Below the pieces are notes generated by a model, which saw nothing but the letters and a program-made list of their open reading frames with translations, was not told the DNA's origin and searched no databases. A stretch of 64,000 bases of DNA, from the NCBI GenBank assembly GCA_051871515.1, contig JBJECY010000081.1, positions 15,894-79,893 on the forward strand. Direction: 5' to 3'. How positions within the stretch are numbered: the stretch's first letter is position 1; each line of letters opens with the position of its first letter. Below are positions 56,546 to 64,000 of this stretch, one piece after another. The DNA comes from Muribaculaceae bacterium. GTDB lineage: Bacteria > Bacteroidota > Bacteroidia > Bacteroidales > Muribaculaceae. The position numbers and the translations under genes are program-made.

Positions 56546-59500
56546 ATGAAAAAAGCATTAGCAATGTTTGCAGCGTTATGCTTAGCAGTGGGTGCACCTT
56601 ATTCCGGCGAAAACAGTTGGAACGAGGGATTTGTTGCTCATGCACAAGGCAATGCTGTAAGTGGTGTCGTTAAAGACTCCAAAGGTGAACCTCTGATTGG
56701 TGCTACAATTATGGTAAAGGGCACTACAAGAGGTGTATCTACCGACGTTAACGGTAGATTTACAGTACAAGCCGCTCCTAACAGTGTGCTTCAAGTCTCA
56801 TTTGTGGGAATGAAGACAAAGTCTGTGAAGGTGTCTGGCCAAAAAAACATCGACGTTGTCCTTGAGGGCACGGGTGCCGAGCTTGATGACCTGGTGGTTG
56901 TGGGCTATGGCCAACAGAAGAAAATCAACTTGACCGGTGCTGTTTCGTCGGTTGACGTTGAGAAGACCCTTCAAGGCCGTCAGATTCCTGACGTTGGTCG
57001 CGGTCTGCAAGGTACCACTCCTGGCTTGAACGTGGTGTTGCCTAACGGTGAAATCGGTTCAGACCCAACAATCAAGATTCGTGGTCAGTTCGCCTCATTC
57101 CAAGGCTCAACCCAACCGCTCATCTTGATGGACAACGTGGAGATTCCTTCAATTCAGATTGTTAACCCCGACGACGTTGAGAGCATCTCAGTGCTCAAGG
57201 ATGCCGCTGCTGCTTCAATCTACGGTTCAAAAGCTGCCTTCGGTGTAATCCTTATCACCACCAAGAAGGGTGCCAAGACCGAATCAGTGAACGTATCTTA
57301 TTCAGCCAACTTTGCATGGCAAAACATCTCAAAGAAGATGGAGATGGGCGGTATTGACGCATTGCAATATCGCGTTGATGCCATGAAGCGTGTTGGCTCT
57401 ACCCTCTACGGTGCATTCTGGTATGTCGATGAAGAATCGCTTGCTGCTGCTCGCCAATGGCAAGCAGACTACGGCGGCAAGATTGGCAAGAACGACCCAT
57501 TTGTTTACGGCCGTGACTGGTATGTTAACGAAAAGGGATATAAGTTCTCAAAACGTATCTTCGACCCATACGACTACATGATTCGCGAATGGGCTCCATC
57601 AATGACCCACAACCTTTCGGTTAACGGTAGGTCGGGCAGGACTTCTTATAATATAGGTCTTGGCTACCTCGACCAATCAGGTCTTATTGCTCCGTCGAAG
57701 CACGATGATTTCCGTCGTTATAATGCTTCGGTTCGTTTGACCACCGAAATCAACAAGTATGTCACCGTTCATGCCGGTTTGACCTACTCAATGCGCAACA
57801 AGCGCTATGCTTATGCAACCAACTCAACCACCGCCGACCCTTGGTTGTATCTCTATCGTTGGGATACCACTTATCCAATGGGCTACGACGACCAAGGTCG
57901 TGACTTGCGTTCTCCTTACAACGAAATGAAGAACGCTAACACAGCCAACAAGCAAAACACTTACCTCTCGTTTAACGCTGGTTTGACTATCAACCTCACC
58001 AACGATTGGCACGTGAACGTTGACTACACCTATGCACAAGAAGACCAAGTCTGGAACAAGATTGGTACTAAGTTCACAATGTGCAACACTTGGGGCACTG
58101 CATTGCTTCGCACAAACGAAGACGGCACACAAATGTATGTCGACAAGAACACTGGTGTAGAGGTTTCATCGAGCGATGCAAACGCAATCCCTGCTTACGA
58201 ACTGCAATATTTCCAATACACCTCTGACGGTGCTAACCCTGACCACATACGTCGTGAAGTGACCAACGCCAAGCGCCACACTTGGAACATCACCACCGAC
58301 TATAACTGGCAAATCAACGAATCAAACAACTTGAAGGCGCTCCTCGGTGCTAACATCGTTGATTGGGAATCAGACAACAGCTGGTCACAAATCACCAACC
58401 TCACCGACATCGTTAACCCATCATGGGACAAGACCAACGGCACACAAACTGCAAGCGGTAACCTCTATTGGGAAGGACAAGTTGGTTTCTTTGGTCGTTT
58501 GAACTATAGTTTGATGGATAAATACCTCTTGGAAGCTAACCTCCGCTACGACGCATCGTCGAAGTTCCCAGAACACTTGCGTTGGCGTTGGTTCCCATCG
58601 TTCTCAGGAGGATGGCGCGTAAGCGAAGAAACATTCATGAACTGGGCTAAGCCAGCACTTCAAGCTGCTAAGATTCGTGCATCTTGGGGTAAGATTGGTG
58701 ACCAATCAGTGGCAAGTTCACTCTATGTTCCAACCATGGCACAAGGTCAAATCAGCTGGTTGGCAGGCGGCAAGAAGCTTGTTTACGTTGGCACACCAGC
58801 CGCTGTTCTCGCCGACATCACTTGGCAAGACATCGTAACCACCGACTTTGGTATCGACCTCTCGTTCCTCGATGGCCGCGTAGCCCTCACTTACGACTGG
58901 TATCAACGTGACACCAAGAACATGATTGTTGGTATGGAAGGTGTTCCTGCAACATTCGGTTCTTCTGCACCTAAGGGCAACTTTGGTAACCTGCGCACTC
59001 GCGGTTGGGAAATTGCTCTTAACCTTAACCACCGCCTCAGCTGCGGCCTTGGCATGAACGCTACATTCACCATCAGCGATGCTAAGACTAAGATTACTGA
59101 ATACGGTACTGGTCAAAGTGTTGACGGCTGGTATAACGGCAAGACCTACGGTGAAATCTGGGGTTACGAAGTTGACCGCCTCTATCAAAAGGATGACTTC
59201 GTTTATGACGGCGACGGCAACCTGGTTACCACTTGGGCATATCATGGCAAAGAAGTTGCTGAAGGCACTGCAGGCGCCAAGAAGGTTAATAAGCTGAAAG
59301 ACCCTAACGGTGTTTATCAAGACAACTTCCAAGGTGGCAACTTTATGTTCGGTCCTGGTGACGTTAAGTATAAAGACCTCGACGGCAACGGCGATATCTA
59401 CAACACCGCTTACCTCAAGGAATACAACGGTGCTCTCATTGGTCCTGACGATCCTAACTACAACAGCCCAGACGCCAAGTTGGTTGGTTCAAACACTGTT

Positions 59501-60073
59501 CGCGACCACGGTGACAAGAAAGTTATCGGTAACAGCACTCCACGCTACGAGTATGGTATCCGCTTAGGCTTAGACTATAAGGGATTCGACTTCTCAATCT
59601 TTGGTCAAGGTATTGGCAAGCGCACAATCTGGGGCGAAGGCTTCTTGGCTATTCCGGGCTTCAACTGCGGCGACGGTGCAATGCCACAAGCCATTGTTGG
59701 CAACTATTGGACTGAAGACAATCCTAACGCATTCTATCCTGCAGCATTCAATATGGGTGGCAGCAGCACAGGCTACAACTTGCAAGAATCTGACCGCTAT
59801 GCCCTCAACATGTCGTACTTCCGCATCAAGAACGTCACTCTTGGCTACACCTTGCCAGTTGAACTCACTCGCAAGGCTTACATCAGCAAGTGCCGCATTT
59901 ATGTTGCCGCAGAAAACTTGTTTACATTCGACAAGTTGCACGACCTGCCTATCGACCCAGAAGTTGTATCGGGTGTTTCAATGTGGAACTCAAGCAACTA
60001 CAACAGCGGCCGTACAGGTGTAGGTACTCCTGCAATGAAGAACTACTCAGTTGGTATTCAGTTGAACTTCTAA
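56546..60073 (+). CDS. SusC/RagA-family TonB-dependent outer-membrane transporter (right pair)
   Basis: 1175 aa from ATG 56546 (the ORF-track start at 56537 is a TTG). The N-terminus is nearly identical to the left SusC. It has a TonB box DDLVVVGYGQQKK and a barrel ending ...GIQLNF. Confidence 0.9.
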   Translation: MKKALAMFAALCLAVGAPYSGENSWNEGFVAHAQGNAVSGVVKDSKGEPLIGATIMVKGTTRGVSTDVNGRFTVQAAPNSVLQVSFVGMKTKSVKVSGQKNIDVVLEGTGAELDDLVVVGYGQQKKINLTGAVSSVDVEKTLQGRQIPDVGRGLQGTTPGLNVVLPNGEIGSDPTIKIRGQFASFQGSTQPLILMDNVEIPSIQIVNPDDVESISVLKDAAAASIYGSKAAFGVILITTKKGAKTESVNVSYSANFAWQNISKKMEMGGIDALQYRVDAMKRVGSTLYGAFWYVDEESLAAARQWQADYGGKIGKNDPFVYGRDWYVNEKGYKFSKRIFDPYDYMIREWAPSMTHNLSVNGRSGRTSYNIGLGYLDQSGLIAPSKHDDFRRYNASVRLTTEINKYVTVHAGLTYSMRNKRYAYATNSTTADPWLYLYRWDTTYPMGYDDQGRDLRSPYNEMKNANTANKQNTYLSFNAGLTINLTNDWHVNVDYTYAQEDQVWNKIGTKFTMCNTWGTALLRTNEDGTQMYVDKNTGVEVSSSDANAIPAYELQYFQYTSDGANPDHIRREVTNAKRHTWNITTDYNWQINESNNLKALLGANIVDWESDNSWSQITNLTDIVNPSWDKTNGTQTASGNLYWEGQVGFFGRLNYSLMDKYLLEANLRYDASSKFPEHLRWRWFPSFSGGWRVSEETFMNWAKPALQAAKIRASWGKIGDQSVASSLYVPTMAQGQISWLAGGKKLVYVGTPAAVLADITWQDIVTTDFGIDLSFLDGRVALTYDWYQRDTKNMIVGMEGVPATFGSSAPKGNFGNLRTRGWEIALNLNHRLSCGLGMNATFTISDAKTKITEYGTGQSVDGWYNGKTYGEIWGYEVDRLYQKDDFVYDGDGNLVTTWAYHGKEVAEGTAGAKKVNKLKDPNGVYQDNFQGGNFMFGPGDVKYKDLDGNGDIYNTAYLKEYNGALIGPDDPNYNSPDAKLVGSNTVRDHGDKKVIGNSTPRYEYGIRLGLDYKGFDFSIFGQGIGKRTIWGEGFLAIPGFNCGDGAMPQAIVGNYWTEDNPNAFYPAAFNMGGSSTGYNLQESDRYALNMSYFRIKNVTLGYTLPVELTRKAYISKCRIYVAAENLFTFDKLHDLPIDPEVVSGVSMWNSSNYNSGRTGVGTPAMKNYSVGIQLNF

Positions 60074-60086
60074 AACTAATTTGAAA

Positions 60087-61979
60087 ATGAAAAACAGATT
60101 ATCATTAATATTGTTAAGCATAGCACTGTGCGTTGTGGCTGTTTCGTGCGACGACATTCTTGACCGTCCTGAAAAGAACTCCCCCAGCGATTCAACATTC
60201 TGGAAAACAGAAAGCGACCTCTCGCTCTATGCTAACGGCTTCTATGCCAACTATTTTATTGGTTACGGACAGGGATGGAGCGCAAGTTACTCTCCATTCC
60301 GCGGCTACGGCTTCAGCGACGATGTGGCTTCTACAGGTACTCAAGCCAACTTCACTTCAAGCCTTCCTTCTACGGTGTTCAGCACCTCAGAAACTGCCGT
60401 AGGCACTTATAGCACCGAATACACTTGCCCAAGCATGGTGTTCTCGTGGATTCGCAAGGCTAACATCATGATTGACCGCATCGAAACCAAGGCTAAGTCA
60501 AGTTTGTCAACTGAGGCTTACAACCACTGGCTGGCTGTTGCCAAGTTCTTCAAATGCTATTCTTATTGCCGCCTTGTTGAGCGTTTTGGCGATGTGCCTT
60601 ACTTTGAAACTCAACCTGACGCATCAGATTTCGATGAACTCTACAAGGACCGCGACTCGCGAATCTTTGTTATGGACAAGGTTTATGACATGTCGAATGA
60701 AATTCTTGCCAACATGCGCACAAACGATGGCACCGACAAGCTCAACCGCTATGTTGCTGCTGCATTCATCTCGCGCTGGTTCCTCTTTGAAGGTACTTGG
60801 CAGAAATATCACGGTGGCGACCAAGCCGCAGCCAAGAAATATCTTCAAATGGCTCGCGACGCCGCTCAACTGGTGATGGATTCGGGCAACTATGCAATCG
60901 ACAAATCAGTTCGCGACTTGTGGGGCTCACAAGACCTCAGCAGCAAGGAAGCACTCATGGTTCGCCACTTCCTCGATTCAGAGGCTATTCGTCACTGTGT
61001 GGCTTCTTATTCAAACAGTACCGAAAGTCAATCGGGCTTGAACCTCGCATTCTTGAAGTCGGTTATCCGTCAAGACGGTAAGCCTTACACCACTTCGTCA
61101 CTTTGCGATGGCAACGACCCAAAATCGCTTTCACTCCCTGTAATGGGTAAGACTTGCGACCCACGCTTTGAAGCATCAATCAGCGACCTTCCTGTGCAAT
61201 CATCTTCTACTCTTGTTTATCAATGCAAGTTCATTGACCGCGCAGCTTGGAACATGTCGAACTCTGAACGTGGTGTTCTAGCAATCTATCAGAGTGTAAC
61301 CAACACCAACGATGCTCCGGTTATCCGCTATGCTGAAGTTCTGCTCAGCTGGATTGAGGCTAAGGCTGAATTGGCACTCCTTGGTGACATTGCTGTATCT
61401 CAAGATGACATCGACCGCTCAATCAACGTGCTTCGCGACCGTCCACTCGATGCAGTGGCAACTGAAAAGGGCTTGAAAAACACTGCTCACATGCAACTTA
61501 ATGAAATCACTGCTGACTTCGACCCAGAACGCGATGCCGACGTTGACCCATTGGTATGGGAAATCCGCCGCGAACGCCGTCTTGAAATGGTATTCGAACA
61601 CAGCCGTATCCTTGACCTTCGCCGCTGGCACAAACTCGACTACATGGACAACGTAGCGCATCCTGAAACAATGCGTGGTCCGTGGGTTGACTTTGCTAAC
61701 GACACTTACAAAGGTCCGGGCAAGCCAACTGATGCCAATGGTCAACTTGCAATCAGCGCGTTGCTTAAGCCTGGTTCTACCCAAGTTCAAAAAGCCGATG
61801 GCACTATTGTGACTTACGATGGCACTAACGCTGAAGATATGGTTGGTTTCTACCTCCCAACTTCTGTTAAGCCTCGCAATGCGTTCTACGAAAGAAGCTA
61901 TTTGAGCCCAATCGGAACTCAAGACATCAGTAACTACAATGTGAAGGGTTATACACTTACCCAAACCGCAGGTTGGTAA
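60087..61979 (+). CDS. SusD/RagB-family outer-membrane lipoprotein (right pair)
   Basis: Lipobox VAVSCDDILDRPE; 630 aa from ATG 60087. Confidence 0.9.
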   Translation: MKNRLSLILLSIALCVVAVSCDDILDRPEKNSPSDSTFWKTESDLSLYANGFYANYFIGYGQGWSASYSPFRGYGFSDDVASTGTQANFTSSLPSTVFSTSETAVGTYSTEYTCPSMVFSWIRKANIMIDRIETKAKSSLSTEAYNHWLAVAKFFKCYSYCRLVERFGDVPYFETQPDASDFDELYKDRDSRIFVMDKVYDMSNEILANMRTNDGTDKLNRYVAAAFISRWFLFEGTWQKYHGGDQAAAKKYLQMARDAAQLVMDSGNYAIDKSVRDLWGSQDLSSKEALMVRHFLDSEAIRHCVASYSNSTESQSGLNLAFLKSVIRQDGKPYTTSSLCDGNDPKSLSLPVMGKTCDPRFEASISDLPVQSSSTLVYQCKFIDRAAWNMSNSERGVLAIYQSVTNTNDAPVIRYAEVLLSWIEAKAELALLGDIAVSQDDIDRSINVLRDRPLDAVATEKGLKNTAHMQLNEITADFDPERDADVDPLVWEIRRERRLEMVFEHSRILDLRRWHKLDYMDNVAHPETMRGPWVDFANDTYKGPGKPTDANGQLAISALLKPGSTQVQKADGTIVTYDGTNAEDMVGFYLPTSVKPRNAFYERSYLSPIGTQDISNYNVKGYTLTQTAGW

Positions 61980-62016
61980 TCCTTTTAGTTGCATAGATTA
62001 CATTATTAATTAATAC

Positions 62017-62063
62017 GGGTGCTTTTCCCTCCTTTGATGTGGGGGAGAAGCACCCCTTTTTTT
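62017..62063 (+). terminator. Rho-independent terminator after the right SusD gene
   Basis: gggtgcttttccctcc ... gggggagaagcacccc stem followed by 7 T residues. Confidence 0.65.
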
Positions 62064-62232
62064 GCCCGCATGCAGAGGCCCGTTGAGAGGGTGTGGCAGC
62101 GCGTTGGCTGAGTCGGCTTTACGGGCAGATTTTGGGGTTTGCCGCAGCTGCCACGCCACTGTGTAGTGGCGGTTTGCATACGCAAAATTCAAATAAATGA
62201 CACTTTATAGGCTCTGCTTGCACAATTTTTTG

Positions 62233-62240
62233 TAATTTTG
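62233..62240 (+). promoter_or_regulatory. -7 box TAatTTTG upstream of lysS
   Basis: taattttg, 44 nt upstream of ATG 62284. Confidence 0.4.
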
Positions 62241-62283
62241 TGGCTTAAAGTGAATTAAAAACAGAAACAAACGTAATATTAAT

Positions 62284-64000
62284 ATGAGCATTTTTGACTT
62301 AAGCGAACAAGAAATCATCCGACGAAACAGTCTCACCGAGTTGCGCAATATGGGCATTGACCCCTATCCCGCAGCAGAATATAAGGTGAACGCTTACACC
62401 ACCGAAATCAGAGAAAGCTTCAGCGACGATGCCGAGCCTCGCCAAGTGAGCATTGCCGGCCGCGTGATGGGCCGCCGCATCATGGGCAAGGCGTCGTTTA
62501 TGGAATTGCAGGACAGCAAGGGCCGCATTCAAGTGTATGTTAACCGCGACGAATTGTGTCCCGACGAGAATAAAGACCTCTATAATGTGGTGTTCAAGAA
62601 GTTGCTCGACATTGGCGACTTTGTGGGCGTTGAGGGCTTTGTGTTCCGCACCCAAACCGGCGAGATTTCTGTCCACGCCAAGAGCCTCACTGTGCTCAGC
62701 AAGTCGTTGCGCCCGCTGCCCATCGTTAAGCAAAAGGACGGCGTGACCTACGATGCTTTTGAAGACCCTGAGTTGCGTTACCGCCAGCGCTACGTTGACC
62801 TGATTGTGAACGATGGCGTTAAAGACACCTTCCTGCAACGCGCCACTGTGATTCGCACCATTCGCCGCGTGCTCGACGAGGCAGGCTACACCGAGGTTGA
62901 GACACCAACCCTGCAAGCCATTGCCGGCGGTGCCAGCGCACGCCCATTCACCACTCACTTCAATGCGCTGAACATTGATATGTATATGCGCATTGCCACC
63001 GAGCTCTATCTAAAGCGCCTCATTGTGGGCGGCTTTGAAGGCGTGTATGAAATAGGCAAAAACTTCCGCAACGAGGGTATGGACCGCAACCACAATCCCG
63101 AATTTACTTGCATGGAGCTGTATGTTCAATATAAGGACTACAACTGGATGATGAGCTTCACCGAGAAACTGCTCGAGACCGTATGTATTGCCGTTAACGG
63201 CACCACTGAGCGCGAAATCGACGGCGAAATCATCAGCTTCAAGGCACCATATCGCCGTCTGCCTATCCTTGATGCCATCAAGGAAAAAACCGGCTACGAC
63301 CTCAACGGCAAGAGCGAGGACGAGATACGTCAAGTGTGCCGCGAGTTGAAGATGGAAATCGACGAAACTATGGGCAAGGGCAAGCTCATCGACGAGATTT
63401 TTGGCGAGTTCTGCGAAGGCTCGTATAAGCAACCAACCTTCATCACCGACTATCCTGTGGAGATGAGTCCGCTCACCAAGATGCACCGCTCTAAGCCCGG
63501 CCTCACCGAGCGCTTTGAGCTGATGGTCAACGGCAAGGAGCTTGCCAACGCCTACTCAGAGCTTAACGACCCAATCGACCAGGAAGAACGCTTCAAGGAG
63601 CAGATGCGTCTTGCCGACAAGGGCGACGACGAGGCAATGATTATTGACCAAGACTTCTTGCGCGCTCTGCAATATGGCATGCCTCCAACATCGGGCATCG
63701 GCATTGGCATTGACCGTCTGGTGATGCTCATGACCGGTAAGACTTACATCCAAGAGGTGCTCTTCTTCCCGCAGATGCGCCCCGAAAAGGTGCCTGCTCG
63801 TGACCGCGTTGAGGCATTCACCGCTCTGGGTATGCCTGAGCAATGGGTTCCGGCCGTGCAATCGCTGGGTTATCTCACCGTGGCATCGTTGGCATCGCTC
63901 AGCGGCGAGAAGTTGCGTCAAATGCTCTTTGACCTCAATAAGAAATATAAGCTTAACTGGGAAATCCCGGCTTTGGACAACGTGAAGAGCTGGATTGAGC
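62284..64000 (+). CDS. lysS: Lysine--tRNA ligase (class II), 3' end outside the window
   Basis: I translated this by hand because it is absent from the ORF track (no stop in the window). The translation reads MSIFDLSEQEIIRRNSLTELRNMGIDPYP..., ELRYRQRYVDLIVN, and motif 2 GKNFRNEGMDRNHNPEFTCMELY. The minus-strand ORFs 62299-63921 are antisense artefacts. Confidence 0.9.
   Translation, partial: MSIFDLSEQEIIRRNSLTELRNMGIDPYPAAEYKVNAYTTEIRESFSDDAEPRQVSIAGRVMGRRIMGKASFMELQDSKGRIQVYVNRDELCPDENKDLYNVVFKKLLDIGDFVGVEGFVFRTQTGEISVHAKSLTVLSKSLRPLPIVKQKDGVTYDAFEDPELRYRQRYVDLIVNDGVKDTFLQRATVIRTIRRVLDEAGYTEVETPTLQAIAGGASARPFTTHFNALNIDMYMRIATELYLKRLIVGGFEGVYEIGKNFRNEGMDRNHNPEFTCMELYVQYKDYNWMMSFTEKLLETVCIAVNGTTEREIDGEIISFKAPYRRLPILDAIKEKTGYDLNGKSEDEIRQVCRELKMEIDETMGKGKLIDEIFGEFCEGSYKQPTFITDYPVEMSPLTKMHRSKPGLTERFELMVNGKELANAYSELNDPIDQEERFKEQMRLADKGDDEAMIIDQDFLRALQYGMPPTSGIGIGIDRLVMLMTGKTYIQEVLFFPQMRPEKVPARDRVEAFTALGMPEQWVPAVQSLGYLTVASLASLSGEKLRQMLFDLNKKYKLNWEIPALDNVKSWIE

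Noticed and set aside
62299-63921. Three minus-strand ORFs (219, 158 and 121 aa).
   Set aside because: They lie antisense to an unambiguous lysS reading frame (class II LysRS motifs translated by hand on the + strand, starting at 62284). Their Ala/Gly/His-rich composition is typical of antisense artefacts.

Overview
The window looks like a chromosomal segment from a Bacteroidales (Bacteroidota) genome. The evidence is SusC/SusD pairs, a T9SS C-terminal sorting domain, TAnnTTTG-type promoter boxes, and the gene orders DUF721-recF and sigma54 activator-LptE-SecG.

Positions 1-36.5 kb are mostly housekeeping: recF, dnaX, cdd, dxs-like, rnpA, yidD, tatD, hemD-like, secG, lptE-like and a sigma-54 activator. 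Secreted hydrolases are interspersed, including a GH31-GH2-unknown operon and a large NPCBM-domain protein.

Positions 36.6-62 kb are accessory-like. Two arrays of a GGGCGTAT-N4-ATACGCCC palindromic (REP-like) repeat lie in opposite orientation and bracket about 11.5 kb. That segment carries:
- a lipoprotein
- a PrtT/interpain-like C10 cysteine protease
- an 803-aa secreted protein paralogous to the 759-aa protein in the GH31/GH2 operon
- a sugar MFS transporter
- an orphan three-gene operon (44803-48855)

The orphan operon is my best candidate for an undescribed system. It encodes a coiled-coil protein, a larger TM/coiled-coil paralog and a HEXXH zincin.

Downstream, two divergent SusC/SusD pairs flank a lone Hin/Mpi-like serine invertase. 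Inverted repeats there enclose a canonical promoter, which suggests a phase-variable toggle. The window ends inside lysS.

I recognised no rRNA, tRNA or CRISPR array. All motif searches, alignments and counts were done by eye.
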